From the sequence record SRR31156797_195: 33,730 bases of DNA; one strand, written 5' to 3'. The notes beneath the pieces are model-generated. The model was not told where the DNA came from. It did not search any database and was given only the letters and a program-made list of their open reading frames with translations. The number at the start of each line of letters is the position of its first letter. Position 1 is the first letter of the stretch. This document shows, in pieces, positions 9,588 to 19,971 of the stretch. The position numbers were made by a program, and so were the translations under genes.

Positions 9588-9723
9588 ATCAAACGAGCCG
9601 GTTTTTAGCCTTTCGCTTTTAACCTCTCCAATGTATACTCGGAACGGTCACATTTTCCGATTTGCCACTGGTGCGGTTTAACCCGCATTTAAAAAAAGAA
9701 AAGTTTATCTCGTAAAAATCAAT

Positions 9724-10494
9724 ATGGCCCAGGTCATTTCCGTTTCCAATCAAAAAGGAGGGGTTGGTAAAACAACCACCGCCGTTAATCTTTCCGCCGC
9801 CATTGCCGCCGGTGAAAAAACATGCCTCTTGGTTGATTGCGATCCTCAAGGGAATGCCACAACCGGTTTGGGGCTGGACATCGAGGGCCTTTCCCACGGG
9901 CTATATGATCTTTTGATGGGAACCGCTTCACTGGAAGATGCCATCACCGAAACCGAACTCCCCCACCTTCATCTTCTGGGTGCCACAAGAGAACTCATCG
10001 GCGCCGAAGTGGAAATGGTTTCCATGACCTCCAAAGAGTTTCTTCTGAGAAAAATCATATCACTACTTCGAAAACGTTATGATTATATCTTCCTCGATTG
10101 TCCGCCGTCTCTTGGCTTTCTCACCGTCAATGCGCTCACGGCGTCAGCATCCGTTCTGGTGCCCCTTCAATGCGAATATTATGCCCTGGAAGGACTATCA
10201 AAACTACTCACCACGGTGAAAGCCGTAAAGAAGCGACTCAACCCCGTACTCAGGCACGTCAATATTCTACTGACCATGTATGACAAGCGGAACAATCTCT
10301 CCCGTCAGGTGGAGGAGGAAGCCCGAGCGCTTTTTAATGAGCGGGTACTGAAAACGGTGATCCCGCGAAATGTCCGCCTGAGTGAGGCGCCCAGTTATGG
10401 AAAACCCATTATCCTTTATGACATACGCTCCCGGGGCGCGCAAAGTTATCTGTCGCTGGCGCGTGAAATGATTAAGAGAGAGAAGGCACCATGA
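9724..10494 (+). CDS. parA: Chromosome partitioning ATPase ParA/Soj
   Basis: NQKGGVGKTTT deviant Walker A, DCDPQGNAT, DCPPSLG, IPRNVRLSEAPSYG. Confidence 0.97.
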   Translation: MAQVISVSNQKGGVGKTTTAVNLSAAIAAGEKTCLLVDCDPQGNATTGLGLDIEGLSHGLYDLLMGTASLEDAITETELPHLHLLGATRELIGAEVEMVSMTSKEFLLRKIISLLRKRYDYIFLDCPPSLGFLTVNALTASASVLVPLQCEYYALEGLSKLLTTVKAVKKRLNPVLRHVNILLTMYDKRNNLSRQVEEEARALFNERVLKTVIPRNVRLSEAPSYGKPIILYDIRSRGAQSYLSLAREMIKREKAP

Positions 10495-11336
10495 CAAAAC
10501 GAAATGCTCTGGGAAAGGGGTTATCGGCCCTCATTCCCGATGGTCACGATTTGGATGAAAATGAAGAACAGTTTTTCCTCTGCCCTGTCGCGGCCATTGA
10601 ACCCAACCCGAACCAGCCTCGACAACGATTTCCGGCCCATGAACTGGATGAAATGGTTGTCTCCGTGCGTGAAAAGGGCATCCTCACCCCGCTGCTGGTG
10701 AACCAAACAGAAGCCGGCTACCAGCTCATTGCCGGCGAAAGGCGATGGCGGGCCGCCCAGATGGCAGGGCTTGAACGGGTTCCCGTCGTGGTTCGGGACG
10801 TGACGCCTTCGGAATCACTGGAACTGGCGCTCATTGAAAACATTCAGAGGAAAGACCTCAACCCCATTGAAGAGGCCATGGCCTACCAAAAATTAATGGA
10901 AAATACGGCATCCACCCAGGAAATGTTGTCCCGGCGTCTGGGTAAAGATCGCTCCACCATTGCCAACCTGTTGCGGTTGCTGAAACTACCCATCGCCTTT
11001 CAGCAGGACGTGATTGACGAACGGATCACCATGGGACACGCACGAATACTGGCCGGCATGGGAGAAAAAGACCAGCAAAAAATCTTGCGAGATGCCATTA
11101 TCAAAAAAGGGTTGTCCGTGCGGCAGGCTGAGGCCCTGGCCAGAAAACTGAAAAACCCGCCCAGACCCAAAAAGGTCCTATCCAAGGATGATCCCTATAT
11201 CCGGTCTCTATCGGATAATCTGAAGCGAAGCCTGGGGACAAAGGTTGAGATCAAAAAGGACGGCAAACAGGGCAGGATTCTCCTCTATTTCTATTCCGAC
11301 GATGAATTGGACCGATTGGTGGAATTCTTAACCTGA
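10491..11336 (+). CDS. parB: Chromosome partitioning protein ParB/Spo0J
   Basis: LGKGLSALI, NPNQPR, IAGERRWRAA, LIENIQRKDLNPIEEA, HTH GKDRSTIANLLRLL; ATGA overlap with parA. Confidence 0.97.
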   Translation: MTKRNALGKGLSALIPDGHDLDENEEQFFLCPVAAIEPNPNQPRQRFPAHELDEMVVSVREKGILTPLLVNQTEAGYQLIAGERRWRAAQMAGLERVPVVVRDVTPSESLELALIENIQRKDLNPIEEAMAYQKLMENTASTQEMLSRRLGKDRSTIANLLRLLKLPIAFQQDVIDERITMGHARILAGMGEKDQQKILRDAIIKKGLSVRQAEALARKLKNPPRPKKVLSKDDPYIRSLSDNLKRSLGTKVEIKKDGKQGRILLYFYSDDELDRLVEFLT

Positions 11337-11947
11337 TCACTTCTCCGCTTCCATTTTCTCTCCTCGCCCCTGACCAGTCTTACCACATTTTCACCGTGCC
11401 TGAAATAGATGAGCGCCGCCATGACAATCGATGCCAAAACCGCGGGTTTCGGTTGATGGAAGAGCGTTAGAAATATTGGGATTGAACCGGCTGAAACCAT
11501 GGATCCCAGGGATATGAAATCCCACTTCAGGACCACCAGAAGGAAAACCAAAAGCCCCAGGAGACAGGATACAGGAGAAAGGGCCAGATAAATACCCAGG
11601 GCCGTGGCAACGCCTTTGCCGCCTCGAAAGCCCATAAAGACGGAAAACTGGTGTCCCAGCAAAGGACAGAGGCTGACAGCCGCCAGCGCCATCTCGCCCG
11701 TAATATCCCCTTTTAAGGAATAGGCTGAAAAAACAAGGACCGGGGCCAGACCTTTCAACACGTCAAGGACCAATGTTAAAAGCCCCCATTTCATTCCCAG
11801 TTCTCTGGCCACATTGGTGGCACCGATATTTTTGCTTCCCCTTTCCGTAATATCGATTTGTGCCGCCAGCCTGGCGATGATTTTTCCAAACGGTATGGCG
11901 CCCAGGAGATAGGCACCCAGGGCGAAACAGAGCGTTTGAATGAGCAT
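11291..11947 (-). CDS. plsY: Glycerol-3-phosphate acyltransferase PlsY
   Basis: YLLGAIPFG, GSKNIGATNVAR, GHQFSVFMGFRGGKGVAT, RHGENVVRL motifs. Confidence 0.95.
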   Translation of the reverse strand: MLIQTLCFALGAYLLGAIPFGKIIARLAAQIDITERGSKNIGATNVARELGMKWGLLTLVLDVLKGLAPVLVFSAYSLKGDITGEMALAAVSLCPLLGHQFSVFMGFRGGKGVATALGIYLALSPVSCLLGLLVFLLVVLKWDFISLGSMVSAGSIPIFLTLFHQPKPAVLASIVMAALIYFRHGENVVRLVRGEERKWKRRSDQVKNSTNRSNSSSE

Positions 11948-12090
11948 AATGGCCCTCCGTGTTGTTGTTTTTAGGATTTCAGATCTTTACAATACTTACC
12001 AGCTCTGATAGGTTTTCGCACATAAAATATCGACGTTTGGAAAGGGATGCAACGGTTTTTTCGTTCAAGATGATGGCGGGGGGGTATACT

Positions 12091-12519
12091 GTGAAACTGA
12101 TGGTTTTGGATGGACAGGGGGGCGGCATCGGCGCAACCCTTATAAAAGGACTCAGGGCATCCCTGGGTCTTGATCTGGAAATCCTGGCCCTGGGAACCAA
12201 TTCCATCGCCACTTCCAGAATGATGAAAGCTGGCGCTAACCGAGGCGGCTCAGGTGAAAATGCCATTGTTCATACCTGTCAGAGGGTCCATGTGATTATC
12301 GGGCCCATCTCCATTTTAATGGCCAATGCCATGATGGGCGAATTGACCCCGAAAATGGCAACCGCTGTCGGCTCCAGCCCCGCTAGAAAAATTCTGATTC
12401 CCCTTACCCAGGAAAAAGTTAAAATCGTTGGCGTTTCCAGAGAACCATTACCTCACCTGGTAAACCAGGCGGTTAATATGGTAGGAGAAATCTTACAGGA
12501 GATGGATCAACATGTGTGA
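12091..12519 (+). CDS. DUF3842 family protein
   Basis: VLDGQGGGIG...ALGTNSIATSRMMKAGANRGGSGENAI...GELTPKMA.A...A.KILIP; GTG start after a G-rich SD. Confidence 0.8.
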   Translation: MKLMVLDGQGGGIGATLIKGLRASLGLDLEILALGTNSIATSRMMKAGANRGGSGENAIVHTCQRVHVIIGPISILMANAMMGELTPKMATAVGSSPARKILIPLTQEKVKIVGVSREPLPHLVNQAVNMVGEILQEMDQHV

Positions 12520-12700
12520 ATCAACGGCATTTATTTTGAAAGATGGAAAGGAAGAGGTGTTTTTCGAGGACGTTGATGCTTTGGAAAACAAAGACAATGA
12601 GATAAAATTGGTGAATATCTTTGGTGAAAAAAAACAAATTTACGCAAAAATAAGACAGTTTTCATTGATAGATCATAAAATTATTCTTGAACCTTATTAA
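12512..12700 (+). CDS. cooT: CooT family nickel-binding protein
   Basis: 62 aa beginning MCES (Cys2), with IFGEKK and C-terminal DHKI; SD GGAG; overlaps the DUF3842 stop. Confidence 0.85.
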   Translation: MCESTAFILKDGKEEVFFEDVDALENKDNEIKLVNIFGEKKQIYAKIRQFSLIDHKIILEPY

Positions 12701-12748
12701 TGTCAAAACGCCACAACGTCAGCAATAGGATCAACGGGAGTCCAAAAC

Positions 12749-13375
12749 ATGACAAAGGTCTATGCGAAAAATTTTCACTGGCTGGGACATGCCGGATTTC
12801 GAATCGACGGCCATAAAATCATCTATTTTGACCCCTATCAGATCGAGGCGGGTCCCCAAGCCGACCTGATCTTGATATCCCATGACCATTTTGACCATTG
12901 TTCTCCCGAGGATGTGGCCAAAATTCAGGGGCCGGGAACCGTCATCGTCACCGAAAAGGATTCGGCCGACAAACTCTCTGGGGATGTGCGGGTGATTAAA
13001 CCAGGGGAAACCCTGGACCTGAACGGGGTTAAAATACTCGGCGTGCCTTCCTACAACACGGATAAGGATTTTCACCCGAGAAGGAACGGATGGCTCGGTT
13101 TTTTGGTTGAGATGTCCGGCATGAGGATATACCATGCGGGAGATACGGATTTTATCCCTGAGATGAAAGACCTAAATGTTGATATTGCCCTCCTGCCGGT
13201 TTCGGGCACCTACGTTATGACGGCCGACCAAGCCGTTAAAGCCGCCCTCGCCATTGCGCCTGGTCTCGCCATTCCCATGCACTATGGCACCATAGTGGGC
13301 AACAACCAGGATGCCTCCGCCTTCAAGAAGGGTCTTGACGGCAAGGTGGACGTGCTAATCCTGGAAAAAACATAA
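12749..13375 (+). CDS. Metallo-beta-lactamase-fold hydrolase
   Basis: WLGHAGF, DPY, SHDHFDH, YHAGDT, IPMHYG motifs. Confidence 0.9.
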   Translation: MTKVYAKNFHWLGHAGFRIDGHKIIYFDPYQIEAGPQADLILISHDHFDHCSPEDVAKIQGPGTVIVTEKDSADKLSGDVRVIKPGETLDLNGVKILGVPSYNTDKDFHPRRNGWLGFLVEMSGMRIYHAGDTDFIPEMKDLNVDIALLPVSGTYVMTADQAVKAALAIAPGLAIPMHYGTIVGNNQDASAFKKGLDGKVDVLILEKT

Positions 13376-13977
13376 TGGATATAGAAACACCAGAAATCCC
13401 TAAAGAAATACTCGAATCCTATCCCAAGGATGAACGCTCTATCGTCAAAATTCTGTTGAACATGACATCCACGGCCATGAAACTGGTTTCCAAGGGCGCC
13501 ATGGTTTCCGGAATGGTTGGAAAGGCCGCTCTCAGTTCTCCTGAACATGTTAAGATGATTTCAGATGCGGGAGCGTACCTGAGAGATCTGCGGGAAGTGG
13601 CGGGACTAACTCGAAAAGATGTCAGTCGAACCATCCAACTCGCTGATGAATCCTTACTGGCCGCTGTCGAAAATGGCGCAGCGACCCTCTCCTTTGAATT
13701 GATTCTGCGAATGGCCGCATTGCTCGCCCGCCATGATCCCATTCCGTTTATCATCAAACTGACCCGAACCTATAATCCTGAAATTTGGGAACTACTCGAA
13801 AAGTGGGGTATGGAGCGGCTTCCGGTGCAGATTGAAAGGGAGCGGCAGTTTATCAATATTTATCGGGGTCATGATCGGGCCAGAAAATTGACCGATGAGG
13901 ATTTTCATCGCGTTCTGGCCTTTACCCGGTCCGCTTTCGAAATGGCCCTCGATTTCACCGCTCCTGAGGACAACTGA
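13375..13977 (+). CDS. XRE/Cro-type HTH domain protein
   Basis: GAYLRDLREVAGLTRKDVS...LAAVENG...LSFE pattern in the middle of a 200-aa ORF; TAATG coupling to the upstream gene. Confidence 0.7.
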   Translation: MDIETPEIPKEILESYPKDERSIVKILLNMTSTAMKLVSKGAMVSGMVGKAALSSPEHVKMISDAGAYLRDLREVAGLTRKDVSRTIQLADESLLAAVENGAATLSFELILRMAALLARHDPIPFIIKLTRTYNPEIWELLEKWGMERLPVQIERERQFINIYRGHDRARKLTDEDFHRVLAFTRSAFEMALDFTAPEDN

Positions 13978-14043
13978 TCCAGAAGCTAAATTTCATATAC
14001 CGGTTCCTAAAGCTTTAAGATACCCTATGAAGAGGAACAATCA

Positions 14044-16074
14044 ATGACAACGAATACCTTTAACGGACAGAGTGTCATCACCCATAAGCTTGAAAATGAA
14101 TGTATCAACACCATCCGGTTTCTAGCGGTGGACGGAGTTCAGAAAGCCAACTCCGGTCACCCGGGAATGCCCATGGAAGCATCTGAACTGGCCTATGTGC
14201 TCTGGACCCGCACCATGCAATATAACCCCGAAAATCCTGATTGGCCCAACCGCGATCGCTTCGTCCTGTCCGCCGGTCACGGATCCATGCTGCTGTATGC
14301 CATGCTTCATCTTACCGGCTATGCCATTTCCCTGGATGCCCTGAAAAATTTTCGCCAATTGGAAAGCCCCACCCCCGGCCATCCGGAATACGGCTGTGCA
14401 CCCGGAGTTGAAACCACCACAGGGCCCCTTGGACAGGGTTTTGCCACCGGTGTTGGAATGGCCATGGCTGAACGTTTCCTCGCCGGCCGGTTTAACAAAC
14501 CCGGTTATCCCTTGGTGGACCATTTTATTTATGCTCTTGTGAGCGATGGCGATATGATGGAGGGTCTTTCATCAGAAACTGCTTCCATGGCCGGGGATCT
14601 GGGCCTTGGAAAGCTCATTTATATTTATCTGAACAACAAAATTACCATTGAAGGAAACACCGGTATTACCTTTACCGAAGATGTGGCACGTCGTTTTGAG
14701 GCCTACAACTGGCATGTACAACGGGTGGATGGCTATGATCTGCCCAACATTAATGAAGCATTGAAAACCGCCAAACAAGAAACATCACGGCCTTCCTTGA
14801 TTATCGCACGAACCCATATTGCCTGGGGTAGCCCCAACAAACAGGATACACCGGATGCTCATGGGGCCCCACTGGGTGAAGAAGAAGTTATTTTGACCAA
14901 AAAAAATTGTGGCTGGCCCGAAAAACCTACATTTCTGATACCTGATGAAGTCCTTTCTGTTTTTCGCCAGTCTTTGGATCGGGGTGATTTACTGGAAAAA
15001 AAATGGCTGGCTCTTTACGCCGACTACCAGAAGAAATATCCAGATCTCTCACAACAATGGCAGGCCTTGCATGCAGAACCGGATATTTCAAAATTGGACC
15101 ATATATTACCTCATTTTAATGTGGACCATGGAAACATCGCCACACGAAAAGCATCCGGTAAGGTGCTGGCGGCCATTAAACCCCACCTGCCTGGACTTGT
15201 TGGCGGGTCTGCCGACCTAGCCCCTTCCAACAATACCTACCTGAATGGATTTGGGGAATTTAAAAATGACGGCGGCCCCAACATTCGGTTCGGCATCCGG
15301 GAACATGCCATGGGCGCCATATTAAACGGTATGGCCCTTAGCAAAGCGTTGATTCCCTACGGCGGCACTTTTCTGGTCTTTTCCGACTACATGCGACCTG
15401 CCATCCGCTTGGCCGCCCTAATGGAATTGCCGGTTATCTATGTATTTACTCATGATTCCATCGGGTTGGGAGAGGATGGTCCCACCCACCAGCCCATTGA
15501 ACATCTGGCAAGTCTTCGGGCCATACCCAATATGATGGTGATCCGTCCAGCTGACGCAGAAGAAACCGTTGAAGCCTGGAAGCTGGCCCTGGCCCATCGA
15601 AATGGTCCTTGCGCCCTCATTTTGAGTCGCCAGGGCTTGCCGATCATCAACCGTTCCATATACGCACCCGCCAACGGTCTGGATAAAGGTGCTTACATTC
15701 TAGCAGATCCGAAGGATGGTAGACCCGATTTGATTCTGATGGCCACCGGGGCTGAAGTACAACTCATCATCGCTGCCCATGAACAACTAACCACCCGCGG
15801 ATTCAATGTCCGTATCGTGAATATACCGTCCTGGGAACGTTTTGAAGCCCAGCCGAAAGCGTATCGACATAAGATTTTTCCTCCGGATGTATCGGCACGC
15901 ATTGCCGTGGAAGCCGGGAGTCCCCTTGGCTGGGAGCGTTTTACCGGATATGCGGGTATCATTATGGGGATAAACCGATTCGGTGCATCCGCTCCTGCCA
16001 AAGATCTTTTTAGGGTATTTGATTTTACCGTGGAAGCGGTTGTGGAAAAGGCGGAAAAACTCCTGGGAGTGTAA
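14044..16074 (+). CDS. tkt: Transketolase
   Basis: [56 protein letters not shown]. Confidence 0.98.
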   Translation: MTTNTFNGQSVITHKLENECINTIRFLAVDGVQKANSGHPGMPMEASELAYVLWTRTMQYNPENPDWPNRDRFVLSAGHGSMLLYAMLHLTGYAISLDALKNFRQLESPTPGHPEYGCAPGVETTTGPLGQGFATGVGMAMAERFLAGRFNKPGYPLVDHFIYALVSDGDMMEGLSSETASMAGDLGLGKLIYIYLNNKITIEGNTGITFTEDVARRFEAYNWHVQRVDGYDLPNINEALKTAKQETSRPSLIIARTHIAWGSPNKQDTPDAHGAPLGEEEVILTKKNCGWPEKPTFLIPDEVLSVFRQSLDRGDLLEKKWLALYADYQKKYPDLSQQWQALHAEPDISKLDHILPHFNVDHGNIATRKASGKVLAAIKPHLPGLVGGSADLAPSNNTYLNGFGEFKNDGGPNIRFGIREHAMGAILNGMALSKALIPYGGTFLVFSDYMRPAIRLAALMELPVIYVFTHDSIGLGEDGPTHQPIEHLASLRAIPNMMVIRPADAEETVEAWKLALAHRNGPCALILSRQGLPIINRSIYAPANGLDKGAYILADPKDGRPDLILMATGAEVQLIIAAHEQLTTRGFNVRIVNIPSWERFEAQPKAYRHKIFPPDVSARIAVEAGSPLGWERFTGYAGIIMGINRFGASAPAKDLFRVFDFTVEAVVEKAEKLLGV

Positions 16075-16266
16075 TTTTTTCACGTTTACTGTTTACAGTT
16101 ATAACTATTGAATAAAGGTTAACTCTAATTAGACCTCGGACAGATACGATAATTCATTGCCAGAATTGAACTTTTAGAGTAGACTCGCCGATGGGCGAAT
16201 ATAATATACGGCATTATGCATTATTAATTCAAATGCCTTTCAATATAAGTTGGAGATTTTTTTGTT

Positions 16267-17400
16267 ATGCCTTTAGCGACCATAGATGAAGTCCTTGAAG
16301 ACTTGAAACAAGGAAAAATGATCATTCTGGTGGATGATGAAGACCGGGAAAACGAAGGCGACCTGACCATGGCTGCAGAAAAAGCCACACCCGAAGCCAT
16401 CAACTTCATGGCCACCCACGGACGCGGCCTTATCTGCCTGCCCATGGCCCCTCACCTTCTTGAAAAGCTGAAACTTCCTCAGATGGTAACGGACAATCGC
16501 TCCCCTTTTGAAACCGCTTTTACTGTTTCCATTGAGGCGCGTACCGGTGTTACCACCGGCATATCAGCAGCCGACCGGGCCCGTACCATCACTGTTGCGG
16601 TAGCAGATGATGCCAAACCTGAGGACCTGGTTCAACCGGGTCACGTCTTTCCTTTGAGAGCGCGCCGAGGTGGTGTTCTTTTCAGGACCGGACAGACTGA
16701 AGGATCCGTCGATCTAGCACGCCTTGCCGGGCTAAAACCTGCGGGGGTTATCTGCGAAATCATGAAAGATGACGGGACCATGGCGCGTATGCCGGATCTA
16801 GAAATTTTTGCTAAAAATCATGATCTTAAAATTGCCAGTGTGGCCGACATTATTGAATATCGAATGCGAACGGAATCATTTGTTCATCTTGCAGCTGAAA
16901 CCCTTCTTCCCACACCATTCGGCGAATTTAGGGCCATGGCCTTTGTAAATGATATTGACGCCCACGAACATCTGGTTTTGGTCAAAGGGGATATCGATCC
17001 AGAAAAGGAAATTTTGGTTCGAGTTCACTCCCAGTGTACTCCCGGCGACATATTCAGCTCCCTCAAATGCGACTGTAGGGCCAAACTGGATAAGGCCATG
17101 GAACTGGTGCAGCAAGAAGAACAGGGTGTTATTATCTATATCCAGCAGGAAGGAAGAGGTTTAAGGCTGGCCCGGTACAAAATACTTGAGGACGACGGGC
17201 AAACCCTGACTGAGGCCCACAAGGAAGGGTGTCTGGAAGCGGATTTGAGAAATTACGGCGTGGGTGCCCAAATACTGGTGGCGTTGGGTGTAAAAAAAAT
17301 GCGTCTTTTGACCAATAACCCAAGAAAAATAAAGGGGCTGGAAGGTTATGATCTAAAAATGGTAGGCCGGGTTCCCATGGAAGCCGAAAAAACCCCGTAA
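16267..17400 (+). CDS. ribBA: 3,4-dihydroxy-2-butanone-4-phosphate synthase fused to a shortened GTP cyclohydrolase II-like domain
   Basis: [46 protein letters not shown]-terminal RVHSQC..GD...[16 protein letters not shown]. Confidence 0.92.
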   Translation: MPLATIDEVLEDLKQGKMIILVDDEDRENEGDLTMAAEKATPEAINFMATHGRGLICLPMAPHLLEKLKLPQMVTDNRSPFETAFTVSIEARTGVTTGISAADRARTITVAVADDAKPEDLVQPGHVFPLRARRGGVLFRTGQTEGSVDLARLAGLKPAGVICEIMKDDGTMARMPDLEIFAKNHDLKIASVADIIEYRMRTESFVHLAAETLLPTPFGEFRAMAFVNDIDAHEHLVLVKGDIDPEKEILVRVHSQCTPGDIFSSLKCDCRAKLDKAMELVQQEEQGVIIYIQQEGRGLRLARYKILEDDGQTLTEAHKEGCLEADLRNYGVGAQILVALGVKKMRLLTNNPRKIKGLEGYDLKMVGRVPMEAEKTP

Positions 17401-17505
17401 CCATAGAGCCTAGTTAGGAAACCATGAAATCCAGACTCTATTTTTATTTTTTCTAATATCTGAAATTTTTAGATAATTGCTTTCTTCACGAAAATCATGC
17501 GCCAA

Positions 17506-17521
17506 TGTTTCACGTGAAACA
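17506..17521. promoter_or_regulatory. parS: parS centromere-like site
   Basis: Exact TGTTTCACGTGAAACA, intergenic, about 6 kb from parB and about 11 kb from dnaA; core of a 30-bp perfect palindrome at 17499-17528. Confidence 0.93.
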
Positions 17522-17570
17522 TTGGCGCTTTCCCCTGCCTATTTATTCCTTATATTTCAAAACAGTTCCT

Positions 17571-17599
17571 TTGACACGTCCCCATAAAAAGCGTATAAT
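17571..17599 (+). promoter_or_regulatory. Consensus sigma70 promoter for the Fe-ADH gene
   Basis: TTGACA (17571-17576)-N17-TATAAT (17594-17599), a perfect match. Confidence 0.85.
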
Positions 17600-17641
17600 C
17601 GTTTCAAAATAACCATTGTCACTTACAATGAAAACCTGCAA

Positions 17642-18805
17642 ATGATATTTGAATTCACCACGCCTTCCCGAATTATTTTTGGTTCCCGAGCCGTCAATCA
17701 GATCCCATCCATCGTGCAAAATTGGGGCGGCAGGGCCTTTGTGCTGGTGGGCAATACCCCTCAAAGGGCTGCCCCTCTCCTAAAACAGCTTCGGATCACC
17801 AACACCCAATTTTCCATTTTTGAAGTACCTGGGGAGCCCACCACCACACTTGTGCGCAACGCAGTTCGCATGGCCAGGGAAACCGATAGTGATTTCGTTA
17901 TCAGCCATGGCGGCGGCAGCGTTATTGATACGGGTAAAGCCGTCGCAGCCCTCCTGACAAACTCGGGAGACCTCTTCGATTATCTTGAAGTTATCGGCTA
18001 CGGCAAGGAAATCAGCCACCCTGCAGCAGCCCATCTGGCCATTCCCACAACGGCCGGGACCGGAACAGAAGTAACCCGTAATTCCGTCATTTTATCTCCT
18101 GACCACCATGTTAAAGTCAGCATGCGAAGCCGCTCCATGTTACCCACCGCAGCCATCATTGACCCTGAACTTACCCATTCCATGCCCCCCCATTTAACTG
18201 CCTATACCGGACTGGATGCGCTCACCCAACTAATTGAGGCTTTTGTCTCCAACGCATCGAATCCAATAACGGACGCACTCTGCCGTGAAGGTATCCAGCG
18301 TACAGCGCGATCCCTGTTGAGGGCTTATCAAGATGGTGATGATCGGGAAGCTCGAGAAAATATGGCTTTGGCAAGCCTGTTTGGAGGCCTTGTTCTCGCC
18401 AATGCCAAATTGGGCGCCGTACACGGCCTGGCCGCCCCTTTGGGAGGAATGTTTTTAGTACCCCACGGAGCTGTCTGCGGTTGTCTTCTTCCCCATGTGA
18501 TGCAGATCAATATCCAAGCCCTGCTTTCACGGGCACCAAACGCCTCGGCGCTTTCACGCTACCGCCAGGTGGCAGAAATTTTTACTCGGAACACTTCCAC
18601 AGATCCGATGGATGGCGTGGAATTCTTGAAAGATCTTTCCGGCAAGCTTCAAATCCCCAGCCTCCCTGAATTTGGCGTTCCTCCTGAATCCTTTTCTATG
18701 CTTATAGAAAAAGCACAATCAGCCAGCAGCACCAGGGGCAACCCCATAGAGCTTACAACTAACGAGTTCATATCAATTCTCAAATCTGCTTCAGCCAAAC
18801 CATGA
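17642..18805 (+). CDS. Iron-containing alcohol dehydrogenase
   Basis: GEP, GGGSVIDTGKA, IPTTAGTGTEVT, DPEL, DALTQLIE, GAVHGLA, PHG..C. Confidence 0.93.
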   Translation: MIFEFTTPSRIIFGSRAVNQIPSIVQNWGGRAFVLVGNTPQRAAPLLKQLRITNTQFSIFEVPGEPTTTLVRNAVRMARETDSDFVISHGGGSVIDTGKAVAALLTNSGDLFDYLEVIGYGKEISHPAAAHLAIPTTAGTGTEVTRNSVILSPDHHVKVSMRSRSMLPTAAIIDPELTHSMPPHLTAYTGLDALTQLIEAFVSNASNPITDALCREGIQRTARSLLRAYQDGDDREARENMALASLFGGLVLANAKLGAVHGLAAPLGGMFLVPHGAVCGCLLPHVMQINIQALLSRAPNASALSRYRQVAEIFTRNTSTDPMDGVEFLKDLSGKLQIPSLPEFGVPPESFSMLIEKAQSASSTRGNPIELTTNEFISILKSASAKP

Positions 18806-18837
18806 AAATTGCAAACGGAATAGTAGAACACGTTGCT

Positions 18838-19779
18838 TCAATAATCATTTTCCGCCATACACGTGGAAATCATTCTATCCAACAGATTGCTTAGATTCCA
18901 TCCGTTACCCTTTGCGGCCAGCGGAACCAGGCTGGTTTCGGTCATACCTGGAATGGTGTTCGTTTCAAGCAGGTAGATCTCGTCATTATTTATAATCATG
19001 TCCGTTCTGCTCCAATCTCTACAACCTAGTGCACGGTGGGCATTTTCTGCCATTTCAAAGGCCTTATTTCGAAGTTGCGTTTCAATTTGTGCGGGGCAAA
19101 TTTCATTGGTCTCACCGGCGGTATATTTTGCGTCAAAGTCAAAAAATTGATGCGTATCCTTTGGCACAATTTCCACCAGAGGTAATGTCTGAAGATGATT
19201 TCGTCCTAATACCGCACATGTTATTTCCCGCCCGGACACATATTCCTCCAGTAAGACCTCCTTATCGAATTGGAAAGCCTTTTTAATACCCGCCTGTATA
19301 TCGTTATCATTCTTCATGATGGAAATACCAATGCTGGAACCTTCACTCACCGGTTTAATCACCACAGGCGTTCCCAGAATATCATTAATTTTGTCCACGG
19401 AAACGGTTTCCCCTTTTTTCATAATTATATCTTTGGGGACACGCAACCCAACACTGCGATATACATCCTTGGTCATCCGTTTATTCATGGTAATTGCGCT
19501 GGCTAAAACACCTGATCCCATAAACGGAATCCCGAACACCTCCAAAAGTCCTTGAATACGACCATCTTCTCCATATTTTCCATGCAAAAGGTTAAAGACC
19601 AAATCTAGCGAGTTTCTCTTCTGCCACAAGACATTCAGATCATCTTTCGGATCAAATGACACAATGTCATATTTTCTTTTATCCAGAGCACCCAGAACCG
19701 CTTTACCACTTTTAATGGAAACACTTCTTTCTTTGGACCACCCGCCCGAAAGAACGGCAATCCGTATCTTATTAGCCAA
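18838..19779 (-). CDS. ddl: D-alanine--D-alanine ligase
   Basis: GGWSKERSVS, LHGKYGEDG.IQG, KPVSEGSSIG, DFDAKY, ETNTIPGMT; TTG start with GGAGG SD. Confidence 0.95.
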   Translation of the reverse strand: MANKIRIAVLSGGWSKERSVSIKSGKAVLGALDKRKYDIVSFDPKDDLNVLWQKRNSLDLVFNLLHGKYGEDGRIQGLLEVFGIPFMGSGVLASAITMNKRMTKDVYRSVGLRVPKDIIMKKGETVSVDKINDILGTPVVIKPVSEGSSIGISIMKNDNDIQAGIKKAFQFDKEVLLEEYVSGREITCAVLGRNHLQTLPLVEIVPKDTHQFFDFDAKYTAGETNEICPAQIETQLRNKAFEMAENAHRALGCRDWSRTDMIINNDEIYLLETNTIPGMTETSLVPLAAKGNGWNLSNLLDRMISTCMAENDY

Positions 19780-19971
19780 TGTACGTACCCTCCTAGACTT
19801 ATGTTGAATTTAATTGTTGATGAATTCCGGAAACGCTTATTGAACAAGCCTTAAGTGTACCGATATTTTCTGGAGCGTAAAAAAAGTGATTTGTTTTAAT
19901 TAGGAAAGATTCTTATATTAACAAAATGTTAATCTTAATAAGTAATACTATGTATATTATAATTTATCACA

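Noticed and set aside
16075-16266. FMN riboswitch upstream of ribBA
   Set aside because: AT-rich spacer lacking the conserved RFN core sequences.
18838-19779. Van-type D-Ala-D-Lac ligase
   Set aside because: The omega-loop Tyr is retained (DFDAKY) and there are no vanH/vanX neighbours.
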